Assembly: GCA_035291485.1 (NCBI GenBank)
Contig: DATDSA010000013.1
Location: 1 to 32,630, forward strand
Source: Patescibacteria group bacterium
GTDB taxonomy: Bacteria; Patescibacteriota; WWE3; 9FT-COMBO-53-11
Reading direction: 5' to 3'
DNA: 32,630 nucleotides
Shown in pieces: positions 30,001-32,630 of the stretch. Below the pieces are notes generated by a model. It was not told where the DNA came from and searched no databases. It saw only the letters and a list, made by a program, of their open reading frames with translations. Numbering within the stretch: the first letter of the stretch is position 1; the number at the start of each line of letters is the position of its first letter. Both the position numbers and the translations under genes were made by a program.

Positions 30001-32630
30001 GCGTGGCGGTGGTAGAAGTTAGGGTCGTAACCGAGTAGTTGACCGCATCCCCCCCATCGGCGCAGGATCGGCCGGAGATCAGATTATTGGTATTGATATT
30101 GGAGTTGGAGGAAACTGTAACTGAGCCATCGGTTCCGGTGCCGGGATCAAATGCCCCAACCTGGGTAATGTGGTCCAACCCGATTTCGGTTCGGATGTCC
30201 TTAATATCATCAAGATTACTCTCCGCGATGTTCAACCGGTTCGAACGAGGGTAGTAATCTATCGTATCGGAGAGGCGAACCCGGTCGGCGTCGATCGTGA
30301 AGGTGCCATCAGGATTGGTGAGGCCGATCCGGACGGCGGAAAGGGTGGGCTTGTTGAGTACATTGGTGGTGCTCAGGATCGCCCGGTACTGGATATAGTT
30401 GTTGGCGGTGGAAGTGATGTCCGAACCTCCAGCTGTGGTGAGATAGGTATCGGCGGTGGCGTTGTCAAGATATATCGTGGTAGAAACGGAAGTTAGATTC
30501 GTTAATCGGAGTTTGATAACCGCATCGCGGGTGGTACCGGTAATATCAGAGATGTCCCAGTAAACTTTCTGCCAAACGTCGGCCTGGTCCACGGTAATCT
30601 CCTCGGTTTGTTCGGTTGCCGCCGCTTCCCCGAAGCCGAAACGGAGAGTATTCCCAGCCTGGGAAGAACGAACCCAGAGGGTGATGTAATCATATCCCGA
30701 GATATCGGTGGAAGAGATGGTGGCTTCGGCATACCCCCCGTTAGTGGAAGAAGTGATTTTGGTGAGGTTGCCGGCGGTGGGCTCATCCTCGTCTTCGAAA
30801 TAATCCACGTTCCGAGTGGTATCTCCATCCGCGACCGTGGCGTTGGTTCCGATCCAATTGGTGTGGGTGTCGGCGGATTCTAATACCTTTCGATTTGTGT
30901 CGGCGACTACCGGCCGCCATTGCTCCCAAGTTCCGTCGGTAGAGTCAGTACTGTTTCCAGTGCGGGTTTGGAGCTGAATCTCTCCATTGGTGTCGAGACT
31001 TTCGGTCCAGCTAATATTGCCAAAGGAAGTGGTTCCGGGAACATGGACCTCTCTCGAAACATAGATGGCGTAGGTTTGGTATCCGAGAGTTCCTCCGGTG
31101 TAGGCCGGGCTGGTTGTCCCGCTCAGAGATACGGCAGTGTATGTAGCAATCCGTCCTGACCCCCCGGTACCGCCGGTGTAGCTACTCCCTGATCCTCCCG
31201 CGGCTCCGGTTGCGGTCACGCGTGTGGTTCCAAGAGTGAGAGTATTTCCTGCTAGACGAACTGAACCTCCGGCTGCGCCCCCACCCCCACCTCGGGTAGC
31301 GCCACTTCCCCCACTTCCCGCCCCTCCGTTCGAATTGATGCCCGCCGAGGCACCGACGGTAACAGTACTTGCGGAAATGTAAACGATCCCCCCTCCTGAC
31401 CCTCCGGCACCCGATGTCATTCCAGATGCCGCGCTTCCACCTCCGCCTCCCGTTCCCATGAAGAGTTTGGAGAGATCAGCGGCACCGAAAGTGCCCCCGC
31501 CCCCGCCTCCTCTGTTGTAACCGATACCGCTTCCTCCATTTCCAGATGAATTTGTCCCACCGTTTTGCCCGCTCACATCTCCTCCTCCCCCATTACCCAC
31601 TGTTCCATAGCCGCCCCCGCCACCTGATCCCTGGTCGAATTGCCCCCCGCCGCCAGAACCTCCTTGGGTAGTGGAACCTAAGCCAGAATTTCCTCCTCCT
31701 CCTCCTCCGCAGGAACCTGTTCCGCCAGTACCATTGTTGACGGCTCCCGCCCCCGCAGCGCCGTTGCCGCTATTGGGAACTCCCCCCAGCCCGCAGAACG
31801 CTTCTCCCCCGTAACCTCCCGAGTTAGACGTCGCCTGTCCTCCTCGGTAACCAGCAGTATTGGCGTTGATTGTACCGGTGCCTTGGATATCAACCGTGCC
31901 ACTAGCGCGGAAGAACATGACACCGTGCTTGGTGCCGTTCCAGGCGGAGGGAGTGAAGTTGATTCCGGTGTTGACCGTCACGTTGGTGTAGTTTGGCACT
32001 CGCTGAAGCATTACGCGCTGGGTTCCAACAGCAGTGCCTAAATTGGTGTCGTTGCCGGCCCCGTCTCCGTAGTATTTGGTTTTGGCGGTAGTAAATGTGA
32101 CCACGTTGGTTGAAACACTTTGGATTCTTAAGGTTTCCCAATTACCAACATTCCCGAAAGCCGAATTGGTACCTTCTAAGTTGATAAGAATGATCTCATC
32201 CCCGATTGCCAAACATCCGGAAGAGGGAGTGGTGGTAAGAGTAGCGGTAGTAGATGTTAATCCTCCCGTAGCGACCGAATAGTTAACCGCATCTCCACCA
32301 TCAGCGCAAGAGCGGCCGGAGATCAAACTGGTGGTGTTGATGTTGGTAGAGGAAGAAACCGTAATGGCGCCGTCCGTGCCGTTACCGAGATTATCGTTGT
32401 TGAATTGGATGGCGACAGAATCGGTCTTACTCTTTTGGGCGAAGTTGGAGTTGAACTCGTTGGAGAGGTCCAGGTCCCAGGTTTTGGTGAAGTTCTCGAT
32501 CGTCCGGTATTGCCCGAGGAGGGAGTCGTAGTACCAGGCGGTGAGGGAGAGATCGTTGGTGGATTGGTTGTGGGCGATCTCGACGTAACCGGCGTTGGCG
32601 AGGGCGGCATCGGTGGCGGTGTATTTGGTC
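27038..32630 (-). CDS. Giant repeat-containing surface-type protein, >1,860 aa, N-terminus beyond the window edge
   Basis: The track ORF 27038-32326 begins at a TTG that is an internal Leu. The same frame has no stop through 32630 (manual translation). It contains two ~680-aa repeat units, Gly-run modules, CBM-like modules, a G2-like C-terminal region and an acidic linker. Confidence 0.85.
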   Translation of the reverse strand, partial: TKYTATDAALANAGYVEIAHNQSTNDLSLTAWYYDSLLGQYRTIENFTKTWDLDLSNEFNSNFAQKSKTDSVAIQFNNDNLGNGTDGAITVSSSTNINTTSLISGRSCADGGDAVNYSVATGGLTSTTATLTTTPSSGCLAIGDEIILINLEGTNSAFGNVGNWETLRIQSVSTNVVTFTTAKTKYYGDGAGNDTNLGTAVGTQRVMLQRVPNYTNVTVNTGINFTPSAWNGTKHGVMFFRASGTVDIQGTGTINANTAGYRGGQATSNSGGYGGEAFCGLGGVPNSGNGAAGAGAVNNGTGGTGSCGGGGGGNSGLGSTTQGGSGGGGQFDQGSGGGGGYGTVGNGGGGDVSGQNGGTNSSGNGGSGIGYNRGGGGGGTFGAADLSKLFMGTGGGGGSAASGMTSGAGGSGGGIVYISASTVTVGASAGINSNGGAGSGGSGATRGGGGGAAGGSVRLAGNTLTLGTTRVTATGAAGGSGSSYTGGTGGSGRIATYTAVSLSGTTSPAYTGGTLGYQTYAIYVSREVHVPGTTSFGNISWTESLDTNGEIQLQTRTGNSTDSTDGTWEQWRPVVADTNRKVLESADTHTNWIGTNATVADGDTTRNVDYFEDEDEPTAGNLTKITSSTNGGYAEATISSTDISGYDYITLWVRSSQAGNTLRFGFGEAAATEQTEEITVDQADVWQKVYWDISDITGTTRDAVIKLRLTNLTSVSTTIYLDNATADTYLTTAGGSDITSTANNYIQYRAILSTTNVLNKPTLSAVRIGLTNPDGTFTIDADRVRLSDTIDYYPRSNRLNIAESNLDDIKDIRTEIGLDHITQVGAFDPGTGTDGSVTVSSNSNINTNNLISGRSCADGGDAVNYSVTTLTSTTATLSSTPSAGCLAVGDEVLLINLQGTVSAFANTGNFETLRISNINANIITFTKSKVNYYGNNATDDTNIGTGTGNQRVMFQRVPNYTNVTVNSSINLTSSAWNGTKNGMMFFRATGAVAVNGTVSTNALGYRGGQATTNSGGYGGEAFCGLGGVPNSGNGAAGAGSINTGTGGNGFCGGGGGSNGLGSATSGGSGGGGEFDQGTGGGGGYGTAGAGGGGTPAGASGGTNQSGNGGLSANFNGGGGGGGTYGTADLSKLFMGTGGGGGSAASGMTSGTGGTGGGITYIAANSITVSGSLSSNGSAGGGGSGATRGGGGGGSGGSVYLAANTINTGASLTTAIGAAGGSGSSYTGGTGGSGRIATRYSTSFSGSTSPVNNNAYAPNYPYSLFISDELATPNAVGYTPLTWLADLNTYGMVQVQTRTGKSNNSTDGTWEDWSPAMTDVNRTVLQSMDTHTDWTGTNMTVADGDVTRNVNYFEDEDESTVGNLTKLTSSTSGGYAELTSALSPAKDISDYDYITFWVRTSQPGNTVRFGFGESAATENTEEVTIDATDTWQKVYWDITDVPWDSRDAVTQLRITNLTTSSNTIYLDNVVAERLMADEKGSSITSTPNDYTQYRVVLTTTNTVFRPTLYNVNFSYQTGYKTVQVDTENVRLYNYTGETQNVRLEAIVFGADLAEWYPIDDNSIEAGDVVSIAGTKDDAGIPKIQKATPTSDPKMIGIISTRAGLELGIPREDRRLVGLAGRVPVKIAPDSVAIQAGDLLTSSGTYPGMAQKLTQPGFAVAKALESWDPGSGVGKIDAFLAVSWADPGVVVDDEGDAAEVVEDSNESDTSNVSDGSNETETSEPENQTTEQPITQKIIPPQIEAEEGIFQRLTVAVEAIFEKITAKTAEIAQAFIDNLTARFIKTDVIEAGKVKVSSPAVGVVTIPAGETVFLVEYQEITLDSKVFVTPEEPLSLGVAIKEGEGFEIKLREPLETDLKVSYWVIN
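28109..30136 (-). repeat. Intragenic repeat unit 2 of the giant ORF
   Basis: Starts GTDGSVTVSSNSNINTNNLISGRSCADGG and ends ...FRPTL. About two-thirds to three-quarters of residues are identical to unit 1 by eye. Confidence 0.85.
30341..32380 (-). repeat. Intragenic repeat unit 1 of the giant ORF (~680 codons)
   Basis: Starts GTDGAITVSSSTNINTTSLISGRSCADGG and ends ...NKPTL. Register offset to unit 2 is 2,244 nt (748 codons). Confidence 0.85.

Noticed and set aside
32324-32326. TTG as the start codon of the giant protein
   Set aside because: The frame stays open upstream to the window edge. The residue aligns with an internal Leu of the second repeat unit (NN-LISGRSCADGG).

Overview
Gene-dense 32.6-kb segment, roughly 90% coding. 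It looks like a small-genome, CPR/Patescibacteria-like bacterium. That placement is an inference from minimalised housekeeping proteins, salvage genes in place of biosynthesis, and a giant surface protein. Left to right: efp (partial), tRNA-Leu(CAA), a small membrane protein, NAD salvage (pncA-pncB), and a small accessory islet. The islet holds an orphan QueC-like PP-loop ATPase, a three-gene operon of tiny proteins and a possible CTG-initiated acidic ORF. Next come a stand-alone 6-TM half-transporter, a divergently transcribed, adjacent ASCH/YqfB-like and cytidine deaminase pair, dnaB, an MBL-fold hydrolase, a GT2 glycosyltransferase and a three-gene small-membrane-protein cassette. Then hisS, an EamA transporter, rpmE, a domain-1-less RF1, ctpA, rpsF-ssb-rpsR, cysS, a hypothetical, mgtE, recR, dnaX and pth. 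These are followed by a ~600-bp tandemly duplicated cassette of an unknown ~130-aa protein with long structured leaders. The window ends with a minimal ybeY, yqeY, rpsU, a HIT protein, an INS-less proS, a PQQ-type sugar dehydrogenase-like beta-propeller, and a giant ORF (>1,860 aa, still open at the window edge) built from a 2.2-kb internal tandem duplication with extreme glycine runs. I saw no rRNA, CRISPR array, transposase, integrase or recognisable defence gene. The most unusual signals are the giant repeat protein, the duplicated cassette with conserved leader RNAs, and the truncated release factor. Two further signals stand out: 7-8-nt tandem repeat arrays sit at or near the starts of several housekeeping genes (and inside pth), and expression signals split into extended -10 / near-leaderless core genes versus canonical -35/-10 plus strong SD in accessory genes. 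All homology statements come from motif recognition by eye; no database search was run.
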